64,000 nt of DNA from Nostocoides sp. (lineage in GTDB: Bacteria > Actinomycetota > Actinomycetes > Actinomycetales > Dermatophilaceae). The notes below the pieces were generated by a model that was given only the letters and a program-made list of their open reading frames with translations, searched no databases and was not told where the DNA came from. Of this stretch, positions 55,218 to 64,000 are shown in pieces; the stretch's first letter is position 1; every line of letters begins with the position of its first letter. The stretch is taken from the NCBI GenBank assembly GCA_016716625.1, contig JADJVJ010000005.1:4237-68236 (forward strand), read 5' to 3'. Both the position numbers and the translations under genes were made by a program.

Positions 55218-57550
55218 GCCCGACCCCGCCAGCCGAGGTGCCCGGGGCGATCGTTGCCCTCATTGCCGGCCGCCACCAGCAGCCCCACGACCTGCTCGGC
55301 CAGCACCTCGAAGCCGGCGGCCTGCGGATTCGGGTCCTCAAACCACTCGCGCAGTCCGTGCGGGTCCGGTTCGCCGACGGCGAGATACTCGACCTCGACC
55401 ACGAGGCCGAGGGGGTGTGGAGCGCGGTTCGCGCCGGGCTGACCGAGACGATGGACTACCGCGTCCTGGTCACCTGGGGAGACGGGGTGGACCACGAGCA
55501 CGACGACCCGTACCGGTTCGCCCCCACCCTGGGCGAGATCGACCTGCACTTGGTCGGCGAGGGACGCCACGAGCAGCTCTGGAACGTCCTGGGCGCCCGG
55601 GTCCACGAATACAAGGGACCGCTGGGCAGCGTCCACGGCACCGCCTTCGCGGTCTGGGCGCCGCGGGCCAAGGCGGTCCGGGTCATCGGTGACTTCAACG
55701 ACTGGGACGGTCGGGTCCACCCGATGCGGCTCCTGGGCGCTTCCGGGGTGTGGGAACTCTTCATCCCCGGCGTGGACGCCGGGGCGCTCTACAAGTACGA
55801 GATCCGCGGTGCCGACGACGTCGTGCGGACCAAGTCGGACCCGATGGCTCGGCGGACAGAGTGTCCCCCGAACACGGCTTCGGTGGTCGAGCGGTCGACG
55901 TATGAGTGGGGGGACGGGAACTGGCAGGCCGCGCGTGCGGGGAGCAATCCGCACCATGGCCCAATGTCGGTCTACGAGGTTCACCTCGGCTCGTGGCGTC
56001 AGGGCCTGTCCTACCGGGAACTCGCCGAGCACCTCGTCAACTACGTCCTCGACCTCGGGTTCACCCATGTCGAGTTGCTCCCCGTCATGGAGCACCCGTA
56101 CGGGCCGTCATGGGGCTACCAGGTCACGGGGTATTACGCCCCCACGGCCAGGTTCGGCACCCCGGACGACTTCCGCTACCTCGTCGATCGGCTCCACCAG
56201 GCCGGGATCGGGGTCATCCTCGACTGGGTGCCCGGACACTTCCCCCGGGACGCCTTCGCCCTCGCCCGCTTCGACGGCTTGCCGCTCTATGAGCACCCGG
56301 ACCCGCGCCGCGGAGATCAGCCCGACTGGGGGACGCACATCTTCGACTTCGGACGCCTCGAGGTGCGCAACTTCCTGGTCGCCAACGCGGTGTATTGGCT
56401 CGAAGAGTTCCACATCGACGGCCTGCGGGTCGACGCCGTGGCCTCCATGCTCTACCTCGACTACTCGCGTCGGGCCGGCGAGTGGATTCCCAACGTGCAC
56501 GGCGGTCGGGAGCACCTCGAGGCCATCGGCCTGCTCCAGGAAGCCAACGCCACGGCATACAAACGGGTACCGGGTGTGGTCACCATCGCCGAGGAGTCGA
56601 CCTCGTGGCCGGGGGTCACCCGAGTCACCGATCAGGGCGGGCTCGGCTTTGGGCTGAAGTGGAACATGGGATGGATGAACGACTGCCTCCGTTACCTGGC
56701 CGAGGCCCCGATCAACCGGCAGTACCACCACAACCTGTTGACGTTTTCGCTCATGTACGCCTTTAGCGAGAACTTCGTCCTGCCGATCAGCCACGACGAA
56801 GTGGTCCACGGCAAGGGCTCGCTGGTCAACAAGTCACCCGGCTCCCCGGAGGAGAAGCTGGCGACCCTGCGGGCGTTCCTCGGGTACATGTGGAGCCATC
56901 CCGGTAAGCAGCTGCTCTTCATGGGCTGCGAATTCGCGCAGCCCGCGGAGTGGGCCGACGGCCGCTCCCTCGACTGGTGGCTGCTCGACGACCCGGCGCA
57001 CTACCGCATCCATGCCCTGGTCAAGGAACTCAACCGGATCTACCGGGAGCACCCGGCCTTGTGGGCGCAGGACTCGGTGGGCGCCGGGTTCCAGTGGCTC
57101 GAGGCGGACGACAACACCGGGAACACCCTGGTCTACGTCCGCTACGAGTTGCCGGACCACACCCAGGGCGATGCCGTGGTGACCATGGTCAACTTCGGCG
57201 GCGCCGCCAAGGAGTGGCTCCGGGTCGGAGTCCCGGGCCCTGGGCGTTGGCGGGTCATTCTCGACACGAGCGGCTTCGACGCCTGGAGTTCGCCGAGCCA
57301 GGCCGACCTCGTGCTCGAGGCCGAGGCGACGCCGTGGCAGACCCTGCCCTGGTCGGTCAGCCTGAGGGTAGCCCCGCTCACCGCCGTCTACCTTGCTCGT
57401 GAGCCGGAGCCGGCGCCTGAGCCGGCGCCTGAGGTGGTCGCGGTGGCGCAGGTGGAGCCGGCGGAGCCCACCGACGAAGCGGCCGACCCGAACGACCCGC
57501 AGGGGTCGCCCGAGCCGGCCGAATCCGTGCCTCAGATGAAGAGCAACTGA
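55214..57550 (+). CDS. glgB: 1,4-alpha-glucan branching enzyme
   Basis: 778 aa: MSVYEVHLGSWR...GVILDWVPGHFPRD...GLRVDAVASMLYLDY...IAEESTSWPGV. It has an extra Pro/Glu-rich C-terminal tail of about 55 aa. Confidence 0.95.
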   Translation: MSPTPPAEVPGAIVALIAGRHQQPHDLLGQHLEAGGLRIRVLKPLAQSVRVRFADGEILDLDHEAEGVWSAVRAGLTETMDYRVLVTWGDGVDHEHDDPYRFAPTLGEIDLHLVGEGRHEQLWNVLGARVHEYKGPLGSVHGTAFAVWAPRAKAVRVIGDFNDWDGRVHPMRLLGASGVWELFIPGVDAGALYKYEIRGADDVVRTKSDPMARRTECPPNTASVVERSTYEWGDGNWQAARAGSNPHHGPMSVYEVHLGSWRQGLSYRELAEHLVNYVLDLGFTHVELLPVMEHPYGPSWGYQVTGYYAPTARFGTPDDFRYLVDRLHQAGIGVILDWVPGHFPRDAFALARFDGLPLYEHPDPRRGDQPDWGTHIFDFGRLEVRNFLVANAVYWLEEFHIDGLRVDAVASMLYLDYSRRAGEWIPNVHGGREHLEAIGLLQEANATAYKRVPGVVTIAEESTSWPGVTRVTDQGGLGFGLKWNMGWMNDCLRYLAEAPINRQYHHNLLTFSLMYAFSENFVLPISHDEVVHGKGSLVNKSPGSPEEKLATLRAFLGYMWSHPGKQLLFMGCEFAQPAEWADGRSLDWWLLDDPAHYRIHALVKELNRIYREHPALWAQDSVGAGFQWLEADDNTGNTLVYVRYELPDHTQGDAVVTMVNFGGAAKEWLRVGVPGPGRWRVILDTSGFDAWSSPSQADLVLEAEATPWQTLPWSVSLRVAPLTAVYLAREPEPAPEPAPEVVAVAQVEPAEPTDEAADPNDPQGSPEPAESVPQMKSN

Positions 57551-58053
57551 GCCCCGTCGGTGATCTCGATGAAGTCACTCGCGGAGATGATGCCCTCGAC
57601 GCCCTCGTAGAGGTCTTCCTCGGTGAGGTGGTTCATGTCCGCGGACATCCGGCAGGCCCACATGTGGCAGCCCGACCCGGAAAGCAGCTCGAGGAACTCG
57701 GGCACCTCGGGGACGTCGAGGGCCGCGATCTGCTTCTTCATGAACGCGGTCGCGCCGGCCGTTGCACCCGGCAACGCCCCGAGCATGTGGTGGATGCCCA
57801 TGCTCGAACCCGGCAGGTGCATCGCGGTGTTGCCGACGAAGGAGAACTTGAGGTCGCCCATGGTCGCCTTGTTGATGATGTCGAAGCCCCAGAAGGTGAA
57901 GAAGAGATGGGTCTCGATGCCCTCACCAAGGGCCGCGTTGGCGAGGATGAGTCCGGGGTAGGCCATGTCGAGGTTGCCCTTGGAGCAGATGATCGCGAGC
58001 TTGCGACCCTCGCTCTCGGGGGCGTCAAAGGACGGGACGATCGGGGAGGTCAT
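57532..58053 (-). CDS. DsrE/DsrF-like sulfur-relay family protein
   Basis: 173 aa: KLAIICSKGNLDMAYPGLILANAALGEGIETHLFFTFWGF...GCHMWACRMS (conserved Cys). Confidence 0.7.
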   Translation of the reverse strand: MTSPIVPSFDAPESEGRKLAIICSKGNLDMAYPGLILANAALGEGIETHLFFTFWGFDIINKATMGDLKFSFVGNTAMHLPGSSMGIHHMLGALPGATAGATAFMKKQIAALDVPEVPEFLELLSGSGCHMWACRMSADMNHLTEEDLYEGVEGIISASDFIEITDGAQLLFI

Positions 58054-58155
58054 GGCGGTGCGCTCCTTTGCGCTTCACGAGTTCAGTTGAGAGAGTGGGA
58101 GATCGGGTATGTCGTGACCGTCCGTTGAGGTCGGGGAACGGCATCCGAAGGTAGG

Positions 58156-58473
58156 TCAGACGCAGCCCTTGGGCTTGGGCAGCCCGGAGACGTAGGCCAT
58201 CTTCTTGGCGGGCTTGCCCGGGAACAGGACGAAGAGGTCCTTGACCGCAGTGCCCGTCTGGGTCGAGACCCGGCGCAGGGTCGCGGTCTCGCCCATGGCG
58301 GCGTGGTCGGTGCGCAGGAAACGGATGAGCTCCCAGTGCTTGTCGGTCAAGGGGTCGATCCCGATGAGCTTGGCGAGCTCGGGGGCGAGGTCCTCACTCC
58401 ACTGGTCGGGCTGGGTGAGGAAGCCCTCCTCGTTGACCTCGACCTCGTGGCCGGCGATCGTCGTGGTGGTCAT
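58156..58473 (-). CDS. TusE/DsrC/DsvC-family sulfur-relay protein
   Basis: 105 aa: EEGFLTQPDQWSEDLAPELAKLIGI.LTDKHWELIRFLR...SGLPKPKGCV, with the C-terminal Cys arm. Confidence 0.8.
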   Translation of the reverse strand: MTTTTIAGHEVEVNEEGFLTQPDQWSEDLAPELAKLIGIDPLTDKHWELIRFLRTDHAAMGETATLRRVSTQTGTAVKDLFVLFPGKPAKKMAYVSGLPKPKGCV

Positions 58474-58520
58474 GGTGTTGCGGTCCTTTCGGGGGCGGGT
58501 CGGGCGAGGGTGGGTGGTGC

Positions 58521-59765
58521 TCAGATCGGAATCTTGCCGGCGATCTGCATGTCGGCGCGCAGGCCGAGGGGGTGGCCGGGGAGGAGCGCGTTCCAGTAGA
58601 TGTGCCGGAACGCGAGCTTGCCCAGGTGGTTGGCGCGGCTCTCCTTGAGCAGGCTCATCGGGCCGACGTGCGGCAGCGGGAAGGTGCCCCCCATCGGCTC
58701 GGTCTCATAGTTGAAGTCGAGCAGCAGCGCCTTGCCGCCACCGGACTCGATGAAGCAGTTGGCGTGCCCGTCGAAGCTGTGCGAGAGCGGCCGCCCGGCG
58801 ATGGCGTCCTGGAAGTTCTCGACGAAGACATCGACCGAGAAGTGCGCCACCGAGCCGGCCTTGGAGGTCGGGATGTTGCTTGCATCACCGAGCGCCCAGA
58901 TGTTCTCGTATGCCGTGGAGCGGCTGGTGTGCTTGTCCACCGGCACGTAGTTGAGCTCGTCGCCCAAGCCGGAAGCTCCGACGAAGTCGGCGCCCATGTT
59001 GAGCGGCACGGTGACCAGCTGGTCGTAGGCGACCTCACGCTCGTCGTAGGACCGGATGACCTTGGCGTCCTGGTCGACGCTCTCGATCATGAAGTCGGTC
59101 TCGACGGTGATGTTCTTGCGCTCGAGCAGCTTGCCGAGCCGCTTGCTCGCCATCGGCTTGGTGAACGCCCCATCGAGCGGAGTGACGAAGACGAGCTCGG
59201 TGCGCTCGCGCAGCCCCTTGCCGGAGAGGTAGTCGTCGGCGAGGAAGGCGAACTCCAGCGGTGCCACCGGGCACTTGATGGGGAGTTCGGTGATGTGCAC
59301 GACGAGGCGGCCGCCCTCCCAGCGGTCGAGCTGGTCGCGCAGGGCGATGGCACCCTCATAGGTATAGAACTCCCCGACCTCACGGTGCCACTGCTCGCCG
59401 AGCATGCCCGGCGTCTGGTCCGGCCGGGGGGTGGTGCCGCTGGCGATGACGAGCTGGTCGTAGGGGAAGACCCGACCGTCCTCAAGGTGGACTTGGGCAG
59501 CCGCCGCGTCGACCCGTTCGACCTGGCCGATGACGAGGTCGACATCCTCAGAGAGGTAGGGCCGCTTGGTCTTTCGGATCTGCTTGGGCTTGTTCATCCG
59601 GAACGGGATGAAAAGGTATCCCGGCTGGTAGTCGTGGATGTCGTCCTTGTCGATGACGGTGATGGACCACTCAGGGTCCGGCAGCGCCCGACGGAGCTTG
59701 TTGACGACCATGGTTCCGGCCGTTCCAGCCCCGAGGACCACGAGGTTCTTGGTGGTGGTGGTCAT
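58521..59765 (-). CDS. FAD-dependent pyridine-nucleotide-disulfide oxidoreductase, sulfide:quinone oxidoreductase-like
   Basis: 414 aa: LVVLGAGTAGTMVVNKL (FAD fold), IKCPVAPLEFAF and ALGDASNIPTSKAGSVAHF. The DsrE and TusE genes lie downstream. Confidence 0.7.
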   Translation of the reverse strand: MTTTTKNLVVLGAGTAGTMVVNKLRRALPDPEWSITVIDKDDIHDYQPGYLFIPFRMNKPKQIRKTKRPYLSEDVDLVIGQVERVDAAAAQVHLEDGRVFPYDQLVIASGTTPRPDQTPGMLGEQWHREVGEFYTYEGAIALRDQLDRWEGGRLVVHITELPIKCPVAPLEFAFLADDYLSGKGLRERTELVFVTPLDGAFTKPMASKRLGKLLERKNITVETDFMIESVDQDAKVIRSYDEREVAYDQLVTVPLNMGADFVGASGLGDELNYVPVDKHTSRSTAYENIWALGDASNIPTSKAGSVAHFSVDVFVENFQDAIAGRPLSHSFDGHANCFIESGGGKALLLDFNYETEPMGGTFPLPHVGPMSLLKESRANHLGKLAFRHIYWNALLPGHPLGLRADMQIAGKIPI

Positions 59766-59774
59766 GCCTCCATG

Positions 59775-59790
59775 ATACCCCCGCGGGTAT
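59775..59790. promoter_or_regulatory. CsoR/CstR-family-like operator ATACCC-ccgc-GGGTAT
   Basis: A 6-4-6 palindrome immediately upstream of the RBS and ATG of the sqr-like gene (start 59765). It has the same architecture (ATAC, C-run, G-run, GTAT) as published CsoR-type sites. Confidence 0.35.
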
Positions 59791-59864
59791 GACCGAACTG
59801 ACCATCACGAGGGTCGTGTGACTGACGAGACAGGCGGGCGAAGAGGCACGGCATACTCTCCTGC

Positions 59865-61103
59865 ATGAGCACCGGAGTCTGCTCCTCGTGCGGGGCGGCA
59901 TACCCTGTCGAGCCGGGTATGCCGACCTGGTGCGAGAGGTGCGGCAAGGGTGCCGAACCCCCGGCCCCGCTGGACTCCGGGCGGATCTATCGGGCGCGGC
60001 AGGCGCTGGCGCGGAAGGCAGCCACCAGGCTCCATCAACGCCTCTCGGAACAGCCGGACTCGTTGGCGGTCATCCCCAGCCGACGGGTGGCCGTGGCGTT
60101 CTCGGTCGCGGTGCTGCTGGCCGCACCATTGGTGGTCCTTGCCCTGGTCTGGCTCATCCTGCAGCTCGGCTTCTACCTCAAGATCCTTTTCCTCGCCGTG
60201 CTCGCGGGCATCGTCCTGCTCATCGTGCCGCGGCCCAACCGGCTGCCCCCGGAGGCGACCGTGCTTGCGCCCGCCGAGGCGCCGGCTTTGCGGGATTTCG
60301 TGTCCCAGGTCGCCGGCGCCATGGGCGTCCGGCCGCCAGACGCCATCGCGGTCGACATCGACCACAACATGAGCGTTGTCGAACTGGGCTACGGCCGCCG
60401 CACCGGGCTCGTCATCGGCTTGCCGCTCTGGACCGTCCTCAGCTGGCCCGAGCGCACCGCCACCCTCGCCCACGAGATGGGACACCTGCGCGGGCGCGAC
60501 ACCCGGGACGGACGCCTGGTGTTTTGGGCCAGGCGACTGCTCTGGACCTTGGTCGAGTTGCTCTGGCCCGACGCGCTGCGGCCGACGCGCAACGCGTTCT
60601 CCGACGCCGGCGGGGCCATCGCGGCCGTCCTCCAGCACATCATCGTCGCCCCCTTCCTCGCCCTCGCGATGACCCTCGAACGCCTCGACGCCGTCCAGTC
60701 CCAGCACGCCGAGTACCTCGCCGACCGCCGGGCCGCCCAGGTGGCCGGTTCGGCGGCGATGACCTCGGCGCTCGCCGGATTGCTGCCACCGCAGCGGGGC
60801 GTCACCACCATGGAGCGGGCCATCCGCCAGCGGGAGGACCCCTGGCGCGCGCTGGAGCAGGCTCCGAAACCCACCGACCGCGAACTGCGTCGGCGACGCG
60901 CGGTCTGCGCCAGCGGCGAGCACCAACTCGGCGACAGCCACCCACCGACGTCCATGCGCATCGACCTGCTCGAACGTCACCCGGTGGGCGGCGGACTGCA
61001 TCCGCCCTCACAGACCTTGCGACGGATCGAGGAGGAGATGGTCGCAGTGCGCGGGCCACTCACCCAACGCCTGCGCGACACCGTCCTCATGCGCCTCGGC
61101 TGA
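59865..61103 (+). CDS. M48-family (HtpX-like) zinc metallopeptidase with an N-terminal zinc ribbon
   Basis: CSSCGAAYPVEPGMPTWCERCG, two transmembrane helices, and the HEMGH motif (TLAHEMGHLRGRD). Confidence 0.75.
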   Translation: MSTGVCSSCGAAYPVEPGMPTWCERCGKGAEPPAPLDSGRIYRARQALARKAATRLHQRLSEQPDSLAVIPSRRVAVAFSVAVLLAAPLVVLALVWLILQLGFYLKILFLAVLAGIVLLIVPRPNRLPPEATVLAPAEAPALRDFVSQVAGAMGVRPPDAIAVDIDHNMSVVELGYGRRTGLVIGLPLWTVLSWPERTATLAHEMGHLRGRDTRDGRLVFWARRLLWTLVELLWPDALRPTRNAFSDAGGAIAAVLQHIIVAPFLALAMTLERLDAVQSQHAEYLADRRAAQVAGSAAMTSALAGLLPPQRGVTTMERAIRQREDPWRALEQAPKPTDRELRRRRAVCASGEHQLGDSHPPTSMRIDLLERHPVGGGLHPPSQTLRRIEEEMVAVRGPLTQRLRDTVLMRLG

Positions 61104-61154
61104 GTGCCTGCGCGTTCTGATGCGTCGCGCTCTCGGCAGTGCCAGGATCGGGGT

Positions 61155-62819
<1,665 letters not shown>

Positions 62820-62848
62820 GGCCCGCTCCGGGTAGCCGTCCGACGGGC

Positions 62849-64000
62849 TCACGCGCCGTCGTCGGTCCCGGCCTGGGACTCCGGGGAATGCACCCGCTGG
62901 TCGCTGACCCACATGTCGATGAGGCCGCCGAAGTGACCCTCGAACTTCTCCCATTCGTGCGTGGGGTAGGTCTGGTGGATCGTTGAGGTGAGCACCCGAC
63001 GGAACTCCTCACTGTCGATCCAGGAGAGCACCATGTCGTCGACATGCGGCAGCGTCGCCTCGCAGAACTCGGCGTAGCGATCCTTGTCGAAGTGCGCGTC
63101 CGCGAGCGACTGATACCCCGCGAGCCGGCCCTGCTCGTCCAGGCCGGGGTCATCCGCGATGGTGAACCACGGCGCGGTGTCGACCTGGGTCTGGGCGCGT
63201 CGCCCGGTGACGGCACAGAAGACCGACCACGGAGCAGGGTCTTCATCGCCCATGGGAAGTAGTAGTGCAGCGAGGTCACCGCCACGTCGGGGCACGCGTT
63301 GGCGTAGTCGATGGGATAGACCAGCCCGTCCTTGACGAGCATCTCGCAACTGTTGAATTCCCAGCGGAAGAAGGCGTTCACGGTCTGCGAGATGGTCACC
63401 ACCTCGCCTACCTGCGGGGAGAGGAAGTTGTGCGCGACGGCATACCGATGGTGCATGGGCTCGTCGGGCTGGAACTTCATCACCATGGTCTCGGGGCCGA
63501 TGGTCAGCGCCCTGGCGAAGATGTCGTATCCTCGATGGATTCCTGGAGGTGCATGAGCATCTCCCGGACTCGTCGTAGGAGTGGTGCAGCTCGTCGCGGT
63601 CGTGGACTCGCGAGACCCCGCGCCAGCCACCGCCGTCGAACGGCTTCATGAAGAGCGGGTAACCCATCTCCTCGGCGATCTCGTCGAGGTTGAACTGCTG
63701 GTTGTACTTCGCCGAGGTGTAGGCCCACCGGGCGTTGTCGACGGGATGCTTGTAGGGCACGAGAACGGTGTTGGGGACCCGCATGCCGAGCCGGAGCAGG
63801 GCGCAGTAGGCCGAGTGCTTCTCCATCGACTGGAAGGTGAAGGGGCTGTTGAGCAGGTACACATCGTCCATGAGGGCCACTTTCTTGAGCCACTCACGGG
63901 GGTGGTAGTACCAGTAGGCGAGCCGGTCGATGACGAGAGCTCCTGCGGGGGGTGTCGCGCAGGTTGAACGGCTCGATGCTCACTCGTTCGGTGGAGACCG
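62849..64000 (-). pseudogene. ATP-grasp (RimK/glutathione-synthetase-like) protein; 5' end lies beyond the window; at least 4 frameshifts in this sequence
   Basis: Segments: ...VSIEPFNLRDTP | AGALVIDRLAYWYYHPREWLKKVALMDDVYLLNSPFTFQSMEKHSAYCA...MGYPLFMKPFDGGGWRGVSRV...YDESG | EMLMHLQESIED | YDIFARALTIGPETMVMKFQPDEPMHHRYAV...YYFPWAMKTLLR | WSVFCAVTGRR... The breaks are at the G-run 63947-63952, the C-run 63563-63565, about 63528, and about 63229-63233. Confidence 0.6.

Noticed and set aside
57532-57550. The 19 bp convergent overlap of the 3' ends of glgB and the DsrE-like gene, considered as an antisense-regulation feature.
   Set aside because: Short convergent overlaps are common in compact GC-rich genomes. 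The glgB tail is a low-complexity extension whose true end is not constrained.

Overview
About 70% GC, densely coding DNA that looks like the conserved core of an actinobacterial chromosome (rpsO-pnp, folC-DUF4233-ndk, tig-clpP1-clpP2-clpX, glgE-treS-mak-glgB, T-box-controlled ileS). I support about 58 protein genes, 2 tRNAs, a T-box leader, a cobalamin riboswitch and several hairpins or operators. I saw no transposase, integrase, CRISPR array or recognisable defence genes. Functional blocks: (i) a formamide module (AmiC-like sensor, MarR, FmdB, AmiS/UreI channel, formamidase) next to a 4-subunit NAD-type formate dehydrogenase; (ii) a B12-riboswitch operon with an LPXTG-anchored alpha/alpha-toroid protein, a DUF4430-like protein and an ECF transporter; (iii) the GlgE alpha-glucan pathway; (iv) an sqr-tusE-dsrE sulfide cluster with a CsoR/CstR-type palindrome. 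Three things are not explained by ordinary annotation. (1) The octamer GTATGCCG, often followed by T, occurs 48 times on both strands in coding and intergenic DNA, against about 2 expected. It forces rare codons and sometimes forms inverted hairpin pairs. (2) Three patches (33.2-38.5 kb, 42.0-44.2 kb, 63.2-64.0 kb) hold conserved and partly essential genes (valS, clpX, clpP1, clpP2, a Kef-type antiporter, an MFS transporter, an ATP-grasp gene) broken by many small indels, one in-frame TGA and one deletion of roughly 40 codons. A 2.8 kb two-gene insert between clpP2 and clpX is intact. (3) A lower-GC, multi-palindrome insert followed by a G-tract array sits in frame in the linker of the fused ECF ATPase. 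All calls rest on reading the sequence and ORF translations by eye. No database search was run.
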